Part shown: positions 1 to 13,195 of the stretch, in pieces
How the letters are laid out: each line of letters starts with the position of its first letter
Position numbering within the stretch: position 1 is the stretch's first letter
DNA from: Pyrodictium occultum
Lineage (GTDB): Archaea > Thermoproteota > Thermoprotei_A > Sulfolobales > Pyrodictiaceae
DNA: 32,000 nt
Assembly: GCF_001462395.1 (NCBI RefSeq)
Contig: NZ_LNTB01000001.1
Coordinates: 390,001-422,000 of the forward strand
Direction of reading: 5' to 3'
Notes under the pieces: model-generated
Told to the model about the DNA's origin: nothing
Databases searched by the model: none
What the model saw: the letters and a program-made list of their open reading frames with translations, nothing else
Position numbers and translations under genes: made by a program

Positions 1-898
1 GACCCTCTTCTCCGCGTCCGGGACCGGCCTAAACGCGGCGGGATGGTCGAGCCTGGAGTAGAGGGTGTTGAAAAGCCCGCTCACCACTATATGGGCCAGC
101 TTGGTCCCCGGCAGGGCGGCTAGCATTAGAGCCGTTAGGGCCAGGTGCACCACTCTGGTCAGCGTGTAGAGCTCCAGGAAGCCGCCGGGTGCCAGGCGCT
201 CCAGCAGCGGGGCCAGCAGGCGCCCGGAGAAGTCCCACCAGGGTATACCCTGGCGCATATGCGCAACCGCCGTCCCGGCATCGAGAACCATGCCGGTAAC
301 CACTATGAGCGCAAGCCAGAGAAGCACCAGATGGTCCTCGAGGCCCGTGGGCAGCCCCGGGGTTAGGCCTAGCAGACGGCGCAGCCAGGCAGCAACCACA
401 CCGGCTCAGGAGCAGGACGCCGCCGAGATTCACTAGCACCCTGAACACTGTGAATACCGGGCCGCTGGGGTACCGGGTCCCAGGCGGGCCGGCGAGATAG
501 ACCAGACCGGCCAGGAGCAGGAGGACGCCGCCCAAGTATATCAGCAGGTGTATCCCGCCACCCAGGGGCTGCCGGAGCACGCGCGACTGGAGCAGCCCCA
601 CGGCAGCCAGCCTGCGCAGCCTCTCCCCGAGACGGTCCCAGGGGAGCCGCTGCCCGCCGCGAGTCCACCGGGCTAGGTAACAGTAGAGCCCGTAGAGGAA
701 AACCAGTAGGCTGCCCAGGACTACAATGCCGCGGAAAAGGTTGTACTCAGTTCCCTGCACCACCGGGTAGCGGAAGGGCCCGCCGGGGGTAACGTGGCAG
801 GCCAGGCACCGGCCGCGCACCTCCCCCACAGTGGCTGCGGCAGCACCGAGGGGCCAAGACGCCAGGAGGGCCAGGGCTGGCAGCAGCCCATGCCGCAC
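1..898 (-). pseudogene. Polytopic membrane protein (signal peptide + CxxCH + about 5 TM helices; possibly a NarI/HdrE-type membrane anchor of an Fe-S oxidoreductase) interrupted by an apparent 1-nt frameshift near nt 403; C-terminal part runs off the window start
   Basis: ORF 29..898 begins MRHGLLPALALLASWPLGAAAA...GRCLACHV followed by hydrophobic helices. After ...VNLGGVLLLS (about nt 404) it becomes Gly/Pro/Ala/Arg-rich nonsense. Hand translation of the adjacent minus frame from nt 402 gives GVVAAWLRRLLGLTPGLPTGLEDHLVLLWLALIVVTGMVLDAGTAVAHMRQGIPWWDFSGRLLAPLLERLAPGGFLELYTLTRVVHLALTALMLAALPGTKLAHIVVSGLFNTLYSRLDHPAAFRPVPDAEKRV, which stays open to nt 1. The family assignment is a weak guess. 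Confidence 0.5.
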
Positions 899-1073
899 AA
901 AGGTGCACCGGGTACAAGAGAGCCTTCAGGGCAGAGGCGGCGTTAAAAACACAACATGGCGTTCTCAGCCCCGGGGGAGGCGCCTGGCACGCACCAGGGT
1001 GATAGGGCCTCCCTAGAGCCCGGCGGAGCGCAGGCCGCCAGAGGCCGCGGGAGGATCCATTGTTCCGAGGGTG

Positions 1074-1161
1074 TGGCGCCGGGGGCGGGATTTGAACCCG
1101 CGCGGCCTGCGCGGCCACCGGCTCTCAAGGCCGGCCCCTTAGACCGCTCGGGCACCCCGGC
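1074..1161 (-). tRNA. tRNA-Ser (anticodon UGA), long variable arm, encoded CCA
   Basis: Reverse complement folds as GCCGGGG-TG-CCC-GAGCGGTCTAA-GGG-G-CCGGC-CTTGAGA-GCCGG-TGGCCGCGCAGGCCGC-GCGGG-TTCAAAT-CCCGC-CCCCGGC-G-CCA. This is 88 nt with all four stems complementary. Confidence 0.9.
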
Positions 1162-1292
1162 GCCCAGGATGTGTATGAGCCCCTGTGCCCATGTAGAAGG
1201 GTCGGGAAGGCCCGGGGCTATTATTGGGTTAGCCCTGCGGGCTGAGGGGAGGAAACCCTGGGTCTGGAGGACCGGCTTGGAGGGGAAACAAC

Positions 1293-1601
1293 CTAGCGGA
1301 GGCGTATCTCGATATAGACGTCCTCGGGGACGCGAACCCTCATTATCTGCCTCATAACCTTCTCATCCGCATCGAGTATCACTAGGCGCTTATGTATACG
1401 CAGCTCCCACTTGTCCCACTTCTTGGAGCCCTCGCCATGGGGCAGCCGGAGGGTCGGGACTATCAGCCTCTTCGTAGGCAGCGGTATAGGGCCGCGGATG
1501 CGGACCCCCGACTTCTGCGCAATCTTCTTGATCTGGTCTGTAACCATGTTTAGGTTCTCCACGTTAGTGCTCCAGAGCTTTATCTCGGCACGCTGCACCA
1601 T
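1293..1601 (-). CDS. rps10: 30S ribosomal protein S10
   Basis: 102 aa. The translation (...[39 protein letters not shown]...) is typical of archaeal S10. It sits downstream of tuf as in the archaeal str cluster. Confidence 0.93.
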   Translation of the reverse strand: MVQRAEIKLWSTNVENLNMVTDQIKKIAQKSGVRIRGPIPLPTKRLIVPTLRLPHGEGSKKWDKWELRIHKRLVILDADEKVMRQIMRVRVPEDVYIEIRLR

Positions 1602-1785
1602 AGCCTAGTGCCCCCTGGAGCTAGGCCTCGCTCTACACCGGTTTAAAGGGCTTACACGCCGGGGGCCGCCGGAGGGCAGGCCATACCCGCTAAGAGGACC
1701 AGCCAAGGGAGGCAAGGACAAGAGAGGACGCGTGGGCGGAGAGGGTTGCTGGGCTGTAGGAGGGGCTTAAAAACATGGCAGCTCC

Positions 1786-3105
1786 TTACTTCTTCTTTAT
1801 CTCCACCTTGGCCGGCTTGACGTCGATCACTACGCCTATGCCGACAGTCTTACCCATATCCCTCATAGCGAAGCGGCCGAGCTGCGGGAATTCGCTGTAC
1901 TTCTCAATCACCATAGGCTTGATAGGCTTGAACTTCACTATGGCGGCATCGCCCATCTTTAGGAACTGCGGGTTCTTCTCAACCACCTGGCCGGTCCTCG
2001 GGTCGAGCTTAGCCTGTATCTCCACTATCCTAGCAGCCACGCTGGCGGTGTGAGCATGTATCACCGGGCTGTAGCCGACGGTGATGGCGCTGGGATGCCA
2101 TATCACGAATATCCTGGCGGTGAACTCCTCGGCGACGGTGGGCGGGTTGTCGGGGTGGCCCGCAACGTCGCCGCGCCTTATATCCTTCTTGGAGACGCCA
2201 CGGACGTTGAAGCCTATGTTGTCGCCGGGCTCAGCCTGCTGTATGGGCTGGTGGTGCATCTCTATGCTGCGGACCTCGCCGACTACACCAGGCGGCATGA
2301 AGACTACCTTGTCGCCGACCTTCAGTACGCCGGTCTCGACGCGGCCGACAGGCACTGTGCCGACGCCAGGTATGGTGTAGACGTTCTGTATGGGTATCCT
2401 CAGGGGCTTGTCAATGGGCTTCTTGGGGGGCTGTATGTAGTTGTCGAGGGCCTCCACCAGGGTGGGGCCGTTGTACCAGGGCATGTTGGGACTGCGCTCT
2501 ATCAGGTTCTCGCCGGTCCAGGCTGATACCGGTATGAAGGGTATCTGGTCCACCTTGTAGCCGAGGCCCTTCATGAACTTCTTGAGGACTGCTACTATCT
2601 GCTCGTACCTCTCCTTGCTGTAGTTTACATCGGGGGCATCCATCTTGTTAACGGCCACTATTATCTGGTCAATACCCATAGTCTTGGCGAGTATTAGGTG
2701 CTCGCGGGTCTGACCCTCAGCGCTCATACCGGCCTCGAACTCACCCTTCCTGGCAGACACGACTAGGATGGCGGCGTCGGCCTGGCTAGCACCAGTGATC
2801 ATGTTCTTGATGAAGTCTCTGTGGCCAGGAGCATCAATGATGGTGAAGTAGTACTTCTTTGTCTCGAACTTCACGAAGCTGAGGTCTATAGTTACACCGC
2901 GCTCACGCTCCTCCTTGAGCCTGTCCATAAGCCAGGCAAACTTGAACGACTCCTTACCCTTCTTCTTAGCCTCCTCCTCCAGGGTCCTGAGGGTCTTCTC
3001 GTCGACGAAGCCTAGACGGAATAGCAGGTGGCCTACCAGGGTGCTCTTACCGTGGTCTACGTGGCCGATTACTACCAGGTTTATGTGGGGCTTCTGCTGG
3101 CTCAT
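1786..3105 (-). CDS. tuf: Translation elongation factor EF-1alpha
   Basis: 439 aa with G1 [17 protein letters not shown] and NKMD motifs. Full-length aEF-1alpha pattern. Confidence 0.97.
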   Translation of the reverse strand: MSQQKPHINLVVIGHVDHGKSTLVGHLLFRLGFVDEKTLRTLEEEAKKKGKESFKFAWLMDRLKEERERGVTIDLSFVKFETKKYYFTIIDAPGHRDFIKNMITGASQADAAILVVSARKGEFEAGMSAEGQTREHLILAKTMGIDQIIVAVNKMDAPDVNYSKERYEQIVAVLKKFMKGLGYKVDQIPFIPVSAWTGENLIERSPNMPWYNGPTLVEALDNYIQPPKKPIDKPLRIPIQNVYTIPGVGTVPVGRVETGVLKVGDKVVFMPPGVVGEVRSIEMHHQPIQQAEPGDNIGFNVRGVSKKDIRRGDVAGHPDNPPTVAEEFTARIFVIWHPSAITVGYSPVIHAHTASVAARIVEIQAKLDPRTGQVVEKNPQFLKMGDAAIVKFKPIKPMVIEKYSEFPQLGRFAMRDMGKTVGIGVVIDVKPAKVEIKKK

Positions 3106-3162
3106 GGCCCTTCCCCCAGCACCTTCTCCTTTTCTTGCCGAGGGGCAGCTTCCGGGAAACGC

Positions 3163-3172
3163 TCTTATAAAG
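3163..3172 (-). promoter_or_regulatory. Candidate TATA box for tuf
   Basis: Minus strand reads CCTTTATAAG about 60 nt upstream of the tuf ATG (3105), in the rps7-tuf spacer. Position and sequence only. Confidence 0.3.
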
Positions 3173-3209
3173 GTTTAGTGAAGAATGCTTAGTGGAGTAC
3201 TCCGAGATG

Positions 3210-3821
3210 CTACCTGGAGCTTAGCGCTATCCTCTCAATCTCCTCCTTCCTGCGTATGGCGTAGCTCTTGGGGTCGTTGTTGGCTGCCGCTATTATCTCG
3301 TCGGCTAGGCATTCCTCTATAGGCTTGGGGTTGTTGAAGGCGCAAGACCTGGCTCCCTCGGTTAGGTGCTTCAATGCCACGTCCACACGGTGCTGGGGCG
3401 CCACGTCGACCGCTACGAAGTAGGTTATACCACCGTACATTATTCTTGTCACGTCCTCGCGGGGCGCCGAGTTCTCTATAGCGCGTACGAGTACCTGGAT
3501 GGGGTTCTCGCCGGTGCGGAGGTATATGATCTCGAAGGCCTGCTTCACTATGTTGTAGGCTAGGTGCTTCTTACCCATATTGCGGCCGGGGCGCATTAGC
3601 TTGTTGATTAGCCTCTCAACTATAGGTACCTCGGACTTGCCGAAGCGGCGGTATTCGTGCCTGCCACCGGTATGCGGTAGCCAGACAGGCTTCAGGCTTA
3701 TATAGCGTTTGAGCCCTGGGTCCCTAATCTCTATGCCCTCGAAGCCCCACTTCCCGAACAGCTTGATCCTGGCAGGATCCATGCCAGCCTTGAAAGACTT
3801 TTCCTGCTCGGCTACAGCCAC
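3210..3821 (-). CDS. rps7: 30S ribosomal protein S7
   Basis: 203 aa. Contains ...[29 protein letters not shown]...[20 protein letters not shown]...[10 protein letters not shown], which is archaeal S7/uS7. Confidence 0.93.
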   Translation of the reverse strand: MAVAEQEKSFKAGMDPARIKLFGKWGFEGIEIRDPGLKRYISLKPVWLPHTGGRHEYRRFGKSEVPIVERLINKLMRPGRNMGKKHLAYNIVKQAFEIIYLRTGENPIQVLVRAIENSAPREDVTRIMYGGITYFVAVDVAPQHRVDVALKHLTEGARSCAFNNPKPIEECLADEIIAAANNDPKSYAIRRKEEIERIALSSR

Positions 3822-3991
3822 AGCACCACCCGTGTAGAGGGCAGCCCAGCCGGCCCCCGGGTAAATTTAGGCTTGCAGCACACCGTCCTCTAGAGGGGGA
3901 GCATGCCCCAATGGCCTCTAGACCCGGGCACCGTGTAGAAGAGTAATAGAGCCTTGAAGCCCTGCACCAGGAGTCTCGGGGTTGAGCCGGA

Positions 3992-4492
3992 ATGCCCCCA
4001 CCCCGCTCCAGCGACGTCCTCCTCGAGGCCCGCAGCGTAACCGCCATGGTTATGCCGAACCCGCCACACATACCAGTAATAGTGCTGGAGCTCGAGGATG
4101 GCAGAGAGTTCACGCTCTACAACGTGCCCTTCGAGATAGTGCAGGCGCTCAACAGGCTGGAGGAGAACAGCGCTCCAATGCAGGAGAGAAGAGAGACAGT
4201 CTTCGACGTCCTCGCCGACCTCCGCTCGCTGATAGAGGAGCTGGGAAGACACCTCGAACAAGTGGTTATAGACGAGATAGACTACAGCACCTTCCTCTAC
4301 ACGGCCAAGGCCAGCTTCAACCTAGGAGGCCTCTACATGATACGGAGAATGGTGCCCAGTCACGCGATCTTCCTGGCAAGGCTATTCAAGAAACCCATCT
4401 ACGTATCCAAGAGGCTCGTAGACGAGCAGGAGATGTATGAGAGGTCATCTAGCGAGGAAGGGGGAGAGGAGGACGAGGATGTAGAGCCTTAG
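3992..4492 (+). CDS. Divergent DUF151 / bifunctional-nuclease (BFN) domain protein with acidic C-terminal tail
   Basis: 166 aa. PVIVLELEDGREFTLYNVPFEIVQAL...TVFDVLADL...VVIDEIDYSTFLYTAKA...RRMVPSHAIFLARLFKKPIYVSKRLV follows the remembered BFN layout (PVVlL.e...r.lpI.iG..EA.ai...RPlTHDL....v.i..l.d.tFyA......iDaRPSDAIaLA.r...PI.V). The usually conserved RPLTHD and RPSDAI motifs are altered. It is the only plus-strand gene inside the rpo/str block. Confidence 0.6.
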   Translation: MPPPRSSDVLLEARSVTAMVMPNPPHIPVIVLELEDGREFTLYNVPFEIVQALNRLEENSAPMQERRETVFDVLADLRSLIEELGRHLEQVVIDEIDYSTFLYTAKASFNLGGLYMIRRMVPSHAIFLARLFKKPIYVSKRLVDEQEMYERSSSEEGGEEDEDVEP

Positions 4493-4603
4493 ACCCTCGA
4501 GGACCCTGCCCTCGGTTTCTTCCCAGCCGGGGAGTAAGCCCTCAGGGCGTAGCCTAAAACGCCGCTGAATGCAGTGAGGCTGAGGCAAGGAGGCGTGTGG
4601 GGG

Positions 4604-5047
4604 TCAGCGCTGCGGCTTCTGCTTGCGGCCCTCGAGTATAGCCTTCAGCGAGACCCCGTTGACGGTGACAACCTTGTAGCGTACACCCGGGATATCGCCC
4701 ATGGAGCGGCCGCGGGGGCCGCCGATACCCTCTATCAGCACCTCGTCGTGCTCGTCCACTACTAGTAGCCCGCCGTCACCGGGCACGAAGGCTGTGACGA
4801 CGCGGCCGTTCTTGACGAGCTGCACGCGGACGCACTTACGCACGGCGGAGTTCGGTTGGCGCGCCTCGACACCGACCTTCTCAAGCACTATCCCACGGGC
4901 CATAGGGGCGCCCTCGAGGGGGTCGTACTTCCTCTTAAGGCCCAGCATGCGTATCTTGAACTCGCGCTCGCTCCAGCGGAACTTGAGCCTCTTGCGCCTG
5001 AGCTTCCGCGCCGCGAACAGCCCGTTGGGGGACTTCTTGCCGGTCAT
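4604..5047 (-). CDS. rps12: 30S ribosomal protein S12
   Basis: 147 aa. ...[56 protein letters not shown]... is archaeal S12/uS12. Confidence 0.95.
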   Translation of the reverse strand: MTGKKSPNGLFAARKLRRKRLKFRWSEREFKIRMLGLKRKYDPLEGAPMARGIVLEKVGVEARQPNSAVRKCVRVQLVKNGRVVTAFVPGDGGLLVVDEHDEVLIEGIGGPRGRSMGDIPGVRYKVVTVNGVSLKAILEGRKQKPQR

Positions 5048-5102
5048 GGTCCTGCACCCTCCCGTCTAGCCCCGGTGCTGGAAGCCAGGCTGGGGCGAGG
5101 GG

Positions 5103-5534
5103 TTATCTTATCTTTATCTCGTCTATGTCGAAGTACCGCTTCAGCACTATGCGGGCTACCGAGACCTTGCGGCCTCCCTTCCCTATCGCGCGGCCCTTAT
5201 CGTTGGGGTCCACGGTGACGTAGAGTATCTTCCTCCCGTTGCGCTGCACCACCCTGACGCCTAGTATACGTGCGGGGGCGAAGAGGTTCTTCACCATGGC
5301 TTCTAGGTCGTCGGCGTACTCTACAACCTCTATCTCCTTGCCTAGGAGCTTACGCAGCCTATTGATGTTAGAGCCGCGCCTGCCGATAGCCTTGCCCGCG
5401 TCTCCGGGCCTAACCAGGAAGATCACGCGGTTGTTCTCGTTATCCACTATGCAGTCGCGTGCTATCGCTCCGGTGAGGTCCTGGAGGAGCGCCATGTAGC
5501 GCATCTCTTCAGCCGTCAGCTTTATATCCACCAA
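5103..5534 (-). CDS. nusA: Archaeal NusA-like protein (two KH domains)
   Basis: 143 aa with GxxG KH signatures (GRRGSNI, GKGGRKV). Canonical position between rpl30e and rps12. Confidence 0.88.
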   Translation of the reverse strand: MVDIKLTAEEMRYMALLQDLTGAIARDCIVDNENNRVIFLVRPGDAGKAIGRRGSNINRLRKLLGKEIEVVEYADDLEAMVKNLFAPARILGVRVVQRNGRKILYVTVDPNDKGRAIGKGGRKVSVARIVLKRYFDIDEIKIR

Positions 5535-5559
5535 GGCCGACTACAGCACCTCCGCCCGC

Positions 5560-7166
<1,607 letters not shown>

Positions 7167-9812
7167 TTACACCCTCCAGCCTATCACACGCTCTATCTCC
7201 CGGTCTATATCCACGGCCTTCCCGTGCGCGCTCTTCATCGGGTCCACCCCGTCTTCGCCATACACGAGCTGCACGACCTCTCCCTGCGGAGTCCTAACCG
7301 TGCCATCATACTCCACGCGCAGGTCCTGCAGCGCGTTGACCAGCCTTCTCTGCATGTAGCCGCTCTGCGAGGTGCGCACAGCAGTGTCAACTAGGCCCTC
7401 GCGGCCACCAGCTGCGTGGAAGAACACCTCCAGCGGCGAGAGGCCGTCATAGAAGCTGGAGTAGACGAAGCCCCTCGCCGCCGGCCCCAGGTCGCCGGGC
7501 TTAAAGTGCGGCAGGAACCTGCCACGGTAGCCGCGGTGTATGCGCTCGCCACGCACCGACTGCTGGCCCAGCAGGGCGGCCATCTGGGTGATGTTCAGCT
7601 CGTTGCCCCTGGCGCCGGTACGAGCCATTATGTATACGTTGTTGAATGGGTCTAGGTAGTCTACCACCACGTCCTCTACCTTCTTACGGGCGTCGGACAG
7701 CACGTCAAGTATGCGCAGCTCCAGCGACTCCTCGAGAGTGCGGCCGGGCACGGGCTCTAGCTTGCCCTGCTTGTATATCTCGATCAGCTCGTATACCTTC
7801 TTCTCGGCCTCGCGGAGTATCTCGCGGATCTTCTCCTTGGCCTCCTTGGGCAGCGCCACGTCGTCGACTGTCATCGTGAAGCCTCTCTTCTCTATGAACC
7901 TTATGAACATCTTGAACATGTTGTCGTACACGTAGCGGGCATAGTCGGTACCATACTCCTTGATAAGCCAGTGCATCATATTCTTGGGCTGTTCTGCTCC
8001 AATAGCCTTCTTATCGAGCACACCGGTGAGCAGCTCACCCTCCTTAATGGTTATGAACGAGTCGTTCCAGCACCACTCGTCCTCGCAGAGGAAGATGCCG
8101 GCAGCCACGCGCGCCTTGCTGCGGAAGTTGAAGTCCTTGGGCAGGAACAGGCTCACCAGCTGCTTGCCGGTCCACCTCTTCTTTGGGGAGAGTATCGCCG
8201 GCTCTGGTATCTCACCGCGGTAGCCGGCGGCCGAGAGCAGGTCTACCACGTCCTCCTGGCTGAGGAGCGTCGCCTTGCTCGTGAGCAGATAGGCGCCGCT
8301 AATGTAGTCCTGCAGGCCGCCTATTATCGGGCCGCCGTAGCGCGGGGATAGTATGTGGTACTGCACCAGCATCAGCTCGCGGGCCTCCGCCTGCGCCTCC
8401 TCGGTGCGCGGCACGTGGAGGTTCATCTCGTCGCCGTCGAAGTCGGCGTTGTAGGGTGGGCATACTAGCAGGTTGATGCGGAAGGTCTTGCCCGGTAGAA
8501 CCTTCACTACATGAGCCATTATGGACATGCGGTGGAGGCTAGGCTGCCGGTTGAAGAGCACTATATCGCCGTCCTTGAGGTGCCTCTCCACATACCAGCC
8601 GGGCTCAAGCATCTCTGCTATACGCTTCCTATCAGCGTAGCGCAGGTCTATCTTCCTGCCGTCCTTGGTTATCACGTAGTTGGCGCCGGGCCAGCGGTCA
8701 GGCCCGTTGAGCACGTAGCGGCGCATCTCCTCCAGGTTCCAGGGGGTCACCGGCACCCTCACGGTCAGGGTCTTCGCTATAGCTTCGGGCACGCCGACCT
8801 CGTTGATGCTGATGTTCGGGTCGGGGGAGATCACAGTGCGGGCGGAGTAGTCGACACGCTTGCCGCTGAGGTTGCCGCGGAACCTGCCCTCCTTGCCCTT
8901 GAGCCTCTGGGCCAGGCCCTTCAACGGCCTACCGCCACGGTGCCTGGCCACTGGTATGCGGGGCAGCTCGTTATCTATGTAGGTGGCCACGTGGTACTGG
9001 AGGAGAAGCCAGTGCTCATCTATCAGCGCCTGGGGCGCACCACTCTCCAGCAGCTCCCGGAGCCTCTCGTTGGTACGCACTATGTCCGCGAGCTTGTGGG
9101 TGAGGTCGTCCTCAGCCCTTATACCGGTCTCCAGCACTATTGAGGGCCTCACATGTATCGGCGGCACCGGGAGCACCGTGAGGACCATCCACTCCGGCCT
9201 AGCCTCCTGCGGGTCCAGGCCCAGGAGCCTCGCGTCATCATTGGATATCCTCTCGAGCCGTGTCCTCACCTCCAGCGGGTTCAGCTGTACACGGCCCTCC
9301 GGGCGCTCCTCGTAGAAGCTGTAGGGCTTCTCAAGGACTATCTTGTACTGGCGCTCGCCGCAGTGGGGGCACTCGGTGACCTTGGCGGCCTTCTTCTTAA
9401 CAACGGTGACGAGGAGCTGCGCCAGCAGGGGCCAGCGCTGCTCCAGCCTCTCGAGCAGGCGGAGGTAGCGCTGCAGCTCGTTCTCCGGGAGCAGGAGGCG
9501 GCCGCAGCGCCTACATGTGGCGCGGAGGGCATCATAGATGTAGCGGACAAACCCGACGTGGATGACTGGCCGGGCTAGCTCTATGTGGCCGAAGTGGCCG
9601 GGGCAGTGTTTCGCGTCATTGCCGCAGGTGAGGCAGATCTGCCCCGGGGCTATGGCGCCTAGCCTCGGGTCCATAAGGCCGCCCTGTATCGGGCGGCCGT
9701 CCTCGTCGTAGAGATCGCTGGTGACTATGGCTGTTACTGACATCCGGCGTATCTCGTCGGGGGATAGTATGCCGAACTTTATCTCCTTGATTATCTTCTC
9801 CTCGACTACCAT
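7167..9812 (-). CDS. rpoA1: DNA-directed RNA polymerase subunit A' (Rpo1N)
   Basis: 881 aa. Zn motifs [20 protein letters not shown], catalytic [10 protein letters not shown], and [16 protein letters not shown]. Confidence 0.97.
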   Translation of the reverse strand: MVVEEKIIKEIKFGILSPDEIRRMSVTAIVTSDLYDEDGRPIQGGLMDPRLGAIAPGQICLTCGNDAKHCPGHFGHIELARPVIHVGFVRYIYDALRATCRRCGRLLLPENELQRYLRLLERLEQRWPLLAQLLVTVVKKKAAKVTECPHCGERQYKIVLEKPYSFYEERPEGRVQLNPLEVRTRLERISNDDARLLGLDPQEARPEWMVLTVLPVPPIHVRPSIVLETGIRAEDDLTHKLADIVRTNERLRELLESGAPQALIDEHWLLLQYHVATYIDNELPRIPVARHRGGRPLKGLAQRLKGKEGRFRGNLSGKRVDYSARTVISPDPNISINEVGVPEAIAKTLTVRVPVTPWNLEEMRRYVLNGPDRWPGANYVITKDGRKIDLRYADRKRIAEMLEPGWYVERHLKDGDIVLFNRQPSLHRMSIMAHVVKVLPGKTFRINLLVCPPYNADFDGDEMNLHVPRTEEAQAEARELMLVQYHILSPRYGGPIIGGLQDYISGAYLLTSKATLLSQEDVVDLLSAAGYRGEIPEPAILSPKKRWTGKQLVSLFLPKDFNFRSKARVAAGIFLCEDEWCWNDSFITIKEGELLTGVLDKKAIGAEQPKNMMHWLIKEYGTDYARYVYDNMFKMFIRFIEKRGFTMTVDDVALPKEAKEKIREILREAEKKVYELIEIYKQGKLEPVPGRTLEESLELRILDVLSDARKKVEDVVVDYLDPFNNVYIMARTGARGNELNITQMAALLGQQSVRGERIHRGYRGRFLPHFKPGDLGPAARGFVYSSFYDGLSPLEVFFHAAGGREGLVDTAVRTSQSGYMQRRLVNALQDLRVEYDGTVRTPQGEVVQLVYGEDGVDPMKSAHGKAVDIDREIERVIGWRV

Positions 9813-9814
9813 GG

Positions 9815-12800
9815 TTACTCACCCTGCGGCTTCCACTCGTGCTTAGGGGCGAGCCGGAGCCTGGGCATCACACACATGCTCATAAGCTCCTGGAGGAGTA
9901 GCTTGAACGCGTAGGGGACAACAACCGCGGATATCTTGCCCTTGTCGCCGTGTATCGGGCAGATGTACTTCCTCTTGTTCCGGTCGAACCAGGCTATGTG
10001 GCCACACTTCTCGCAGACGTACATCACGTACTTGTCGCTGCTCTCCAGCATACGCTCGCGAAGCAGCATAGCCGCTCCATGGCCGATAAGGCAGTCGCGC
10101 TCCATCTCGCCGAACCTCAAGCCGCCCTCACGGGCACGGCCCTCGGTGGGCTGGCGGGTGAGCACCTGCACCGGCCCCCTGGCGCGGGCGTGCATCTTAT
10201 CCGCTACCATGTGGTGCAGCTTCTGGTAGTACACGATGCCCACCAGTATCGGGTTCCGGAGCAGCTCACCAGTGCGGCCATCATACATTAGCTCGGTGCC
10301 GTCGGGGGCATAGCCGGCCTTCAGCAGCTCTATCCTAAGGTTCTCTATAGGCTCCTTGGCGAAGGGCGTCCCGTCCACGAACCTGCCGTATATGGCCGCG
10401 TACTTGCCCGCTATGGCCTCGAAGAGCTGGCCGAGGGTCATACGCGAGGGGAACGCGTGGGGGTTGATTATTAGATCCGGCGTTATACCATCCTCCGTGA
10501 ACGGCATATCGTACTGGGGTATGAGCATGCCTATGACTCCCTTCTGGCCATGGCGGGAGGCGAACTTGTCGCCCAGCTCAGGTATGCGCTGATCGCGGAC
10601 ACGCACCTTGACTAGCCGGGAGCCCTCGATGTTCTCAGTTAGTATCACCGTGTCGACATAGCCCTTCTCGCCGTGCCTCATGGTCACCGAGGTGTCGCGG
10701 CGCCTCACTGAGACCGTGCCGAACTCGCGGTACTCCTCCATGAACCTCGGCGGACTGGTTTTGCCTATAAGCACCTCCCCGCCGGCAACCTCCACCTCGG
10801 GGCTTATGATGCCGTCAGCATCTAGCTTGCGGTACATCTCCGGAGGCTTTGAGCCCTCTACACTTGTGTCGGGCTTCTCTATCCTGTCGCTCAAGCCGCC
10901 CGCGTAGCGGCGCTCCTCAGTGGCGTATAGCCGGAAGAAGGTGGAGCGGGCTAGGCCGCGCTCTATCGAGGACTTATTCATTATGATGGCGTCCTCTATG
11001 TTGTAGCCGGTGAACGACATGACAGCAACTATCATGTTCTGGCCGGCGGGGCGGTCGTTAAAGCCCATCACGTCAAGTGTGCGGGTCTGCACCAGAGGCT
11101 TCTCCGGGTAGTGGAGCAGGTGGGCACGCGTATCGACACGTATCTGGAAGTTGGCAGCATAGAGGCCCAGAGCCTGCTTGGCCATAGCCGCCTGGTAGGT
11201 GTTACGCGGCGACTGGTTGTGCTCCGCGTAGGGTATGACGCTGGCGGTCACACCCATGATGGCAGCAGGCCATATCTCCATGTGGGTGTGCTCGGGGGTG
11301 AGATCCTCCGGGTTCAGGGCTATGTAGGTGTTCTCCTCCTCCTCCGCGTCCAGCATCTCCACCACGCCGTGGCGGAGGAGGTCGGTGAATCTCCACTCTC
11401 CCCTACGCAGCTTCTCGGCGTGCTCGGGGCTGTAGACGAGCCTACCCTTCTCCGCTACGAAGACTGGGCGGAGTATCCTGCCGGGATCGGTGTTTATATA
11501 GACCTCGTTGATGTACTTGGTCTTGTAGAGCGACACGTTCACATCGGGCGGGAGCTTGCCGCTGCGCCGCAGGCTCCGGATCTCCCTAGCCAGGGCCTCG
11601 CCGTCGGGATGGTAGCCTATCAACCTACCATTGAGGAACACCTTGCTCCACTGCTGCAGCTCCGGCGGGTAGTAGCCGGCCTTACGCACCTCGTTAAACA
11701 GCGTAACCGCGTCCTGGACGCCTAGCTCGAAGAGCAGCCTCTCTACCTCCTTCTCGTCGGCGCCAGGCGAGACGTACGCCATTAGCGCGAGGTTCTTGAC
11801 AAGGCCACAGTTGGGGCCCTCAGGGGTCTCGAAGGGGCATATTCTGCCCCACTGGGTGCCGTGCACATCACGGGCCTCGAAGTGGGGCTGGCTGCGGCTG
11901 AGCTGGGATACTACGCGGCGGAGGTGGCTGAGCATCGAGAGCCAGTTGGTGCGGTCCAGTATCTGGCTTACGCCGGTCCTCTGCCCGGGCCAGTTGCCGG
12001 TGGCGAGAGCCTCCCGCAGCCTATTGGTTATAATATCGGAGCGTATGATCATCCTGACTGTCGCGTGCCTGCCGCGGGCACGGAGCTTTTCCAGCTGCTG
12101 CCTAATATCGTAGGCAAGGGCTCTCATGGCTATACGGAACACCATAGCTATGAGGTCGCCGGCTAGGAGGATACGCTTGTTGGCATAGTGGTCTTTATCG
12201 TCCTCCTCGCGGCGGCCCAGCACATACTCTAGGAGCTTAGCGGCCATCTGGCCCAGGAAGAGGGCCTTCCGCAGCCGGTCCTCCGGCCGGGTACCGATGT
12301 GGGGCAGGAGTATGTGGTCAAGCGCCCTCTCGGCCACGCGTATACGCTGGTCCCTAGGCTTGCCTATACCCTCGCGGAACCTGCTACCCACGAAGTCTAG
12401 CGCGTCCTCCACCGTGTTTATCGCGCGCGCCTGCTCAAGGGAGGGGATAAGCGTCTGCTGTATCTGCGGGTCAGGGCTAACTGCCAGCACTATATCGCGG
12501 TCGCTCTCGAGCCCGAGGGCACGCATCACTATAGCGAAGGGTATCTTGCTTAGCGCACGGCTCATGGATATGTGAAGCGTGCCGTCCTTATGCATATCAA
12601 GTATTAGCTGGTACCTCGCACCTGCATAGGAGGAGATCACCTTAGCGGTGTAAACGGCGCTTCCCGTGCCGGCCCTGGCCTTACCAACCAGTATCCTGTT
12701 GAGCGCCTGATCCTCCTGCATAACCACTACACGTTCCGAGCCATTGATTATGAAGTAGCCGCCAGGGTCGCGCGGGTCCTCGCCAGCCTCTACGAGTATG

Positions 12801-13195
12801 CGCTCACACTCCTCCCTGGGCCTGCCCTCGTAGAAGCAGCGGGCCAGCGGATCCGCCTTGGAGCGGAGCATTATGGGGAGGAAGCCTAGTATAACGTCCT
12901 CCGGCTCCCTCTCTATCCCGTTCTCTACTATCACCACCTTGGCCTTTATCGGGGCCGCGTAGGTGAGGTCGCGTATACGGCACTCCATCGGGGTGACTGG
13001 GTGTTCGCTGCCGTCACTCTCTATGACCATTGGCTCGCCTAGCTCCACGTCCACTATACGTACCTCGTACTCCCTCCTCGGTGTAGATATAACGCCAAAT
13101 TCCTTAACTATTTCCTTCAGCTCCTTCTCTACGAACCTGTTGTAGGAGTCTATATGCTGCTTCACGAGCCCGAACTCGTCTATAAAGGATTTCAT
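9815..13195 (-). CDS. rpoB: DNA-directed RNA polymerase subunit B, unsplit (Rpo2)
   Basis: 1126 aa. [36 protein letters not shown], a C-terminal Zn ribbon CEKCGH...CPIHG. A single polypeptide, as is usual in Crenarchaeota. Confidence 0.97.
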   Translation of the reverse strand: MKSFIDEFGLVKQHIDSYNRFVEKELKEIVKEFGVISTPRREYEVRIVDVELGEPMVIESDGSEHPVTPMECRIRDLTYAAPIKAKVVIVENGIEREPEDVILGFLPIMLRSKADPLARCFYEGRPREECERILVEAGEDPRDPGGYFIINGSERVVVMQEDQALNRILVGKARAGTGSAVYTAKVISSYAGARYQLILDMHKDGTLHISMSRALSKIPFAIVMRALGLESDRDIVLAVSPDPQIQQTLIPSLEQARAINTVEDALDFVGSRFREGIGKPRDQRIRVAERALDHILLPHIGTRPEDRLRKALFLGQMAAKLLEYVLGRREEDDKDHYANKRILLAGDLIAMVFRIAMRALAYDIRQQLEKLRARGRHATVRMIIRSDIITNRLREALATGNWPGQRTGVSQILDRTNWLSMLSHLRRVVSQLSRSQPHFEARDVHGTQWGRICPFETPEGPNCGLVKNLALMAYVSPGADEKEVERLLFELGVQDAVTLFNEVRKAGYYPPELQQWSKVFLNGRLIGYHPDGEALAREIRSLRRSGKLPPDVNVSLYKTKYINEVYINTDPGRILRPVFVAEKGRLVYSPEHAEKLRRGEWRFTDLLRHGVVEMLDAEEEENTYIALNPEDLTPEHTHMEIWPAAIMGVTASVIPYAEHNQSPRNTYQAAMAKQALGLYAANFQIRVDTRAHLLHYPEKPLVQTRTLDVMGFNDRPAGQNMIVAVMSFTGYNIEDAIIMNKSSIERGLARSTFFRLYATEERRYAGGLSDRIEKPDTSVEGSKPPEMYRKLDADGIISPEVEVAGGEVLIGKTSPPRFMEEYREFGTVSVRRRDTSVTMRHGEKGYVDTVILTENIEGSRLVKVRVRDQRIPELGDKFASRHGQKGVIGMLIPQYDMPFTEDGITPDLIINPHAFPSRMTLGQLFEAIAGKYAAIYGRFVDGTPFAKEPIENLRIELLKAGYAPDGTELMYDGRTGELLRNPILVGIVYYQKLHHMVADKMHARARGPVQVLTRQPTEGRAREGGLRFGEMERDCLIGHGAAMLLRERMLESSDKYVMYVCEKCGHIAWFDRNKRKYICPIHGDKGKISAVVVPYAFKLLLQELMSMCVMPRLRLAPKHEWKPQGE

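Noticed and set aside
747-1357. ORFs 747..1118, 831..1016, 943..1155 and 956..1357 around tRNA-Ser.
   Set aside because: They overlap the tRNA-Ser gene or the membrane-protein gene and have Gly/Pro/Arg/Ala-rich nonsense composition.
3724-4440. Minus-strand ORFs 3724..4113 and 3890..4261, and plus-frame ORF 3982..4440, which compete with the BFN-like gene.
   Set aside because: Only frame 3992..4492 gives a globular-looking sequence with a recognisable domain pattern and an acidic tail. The others are Arg/Gly/Ser-rich.
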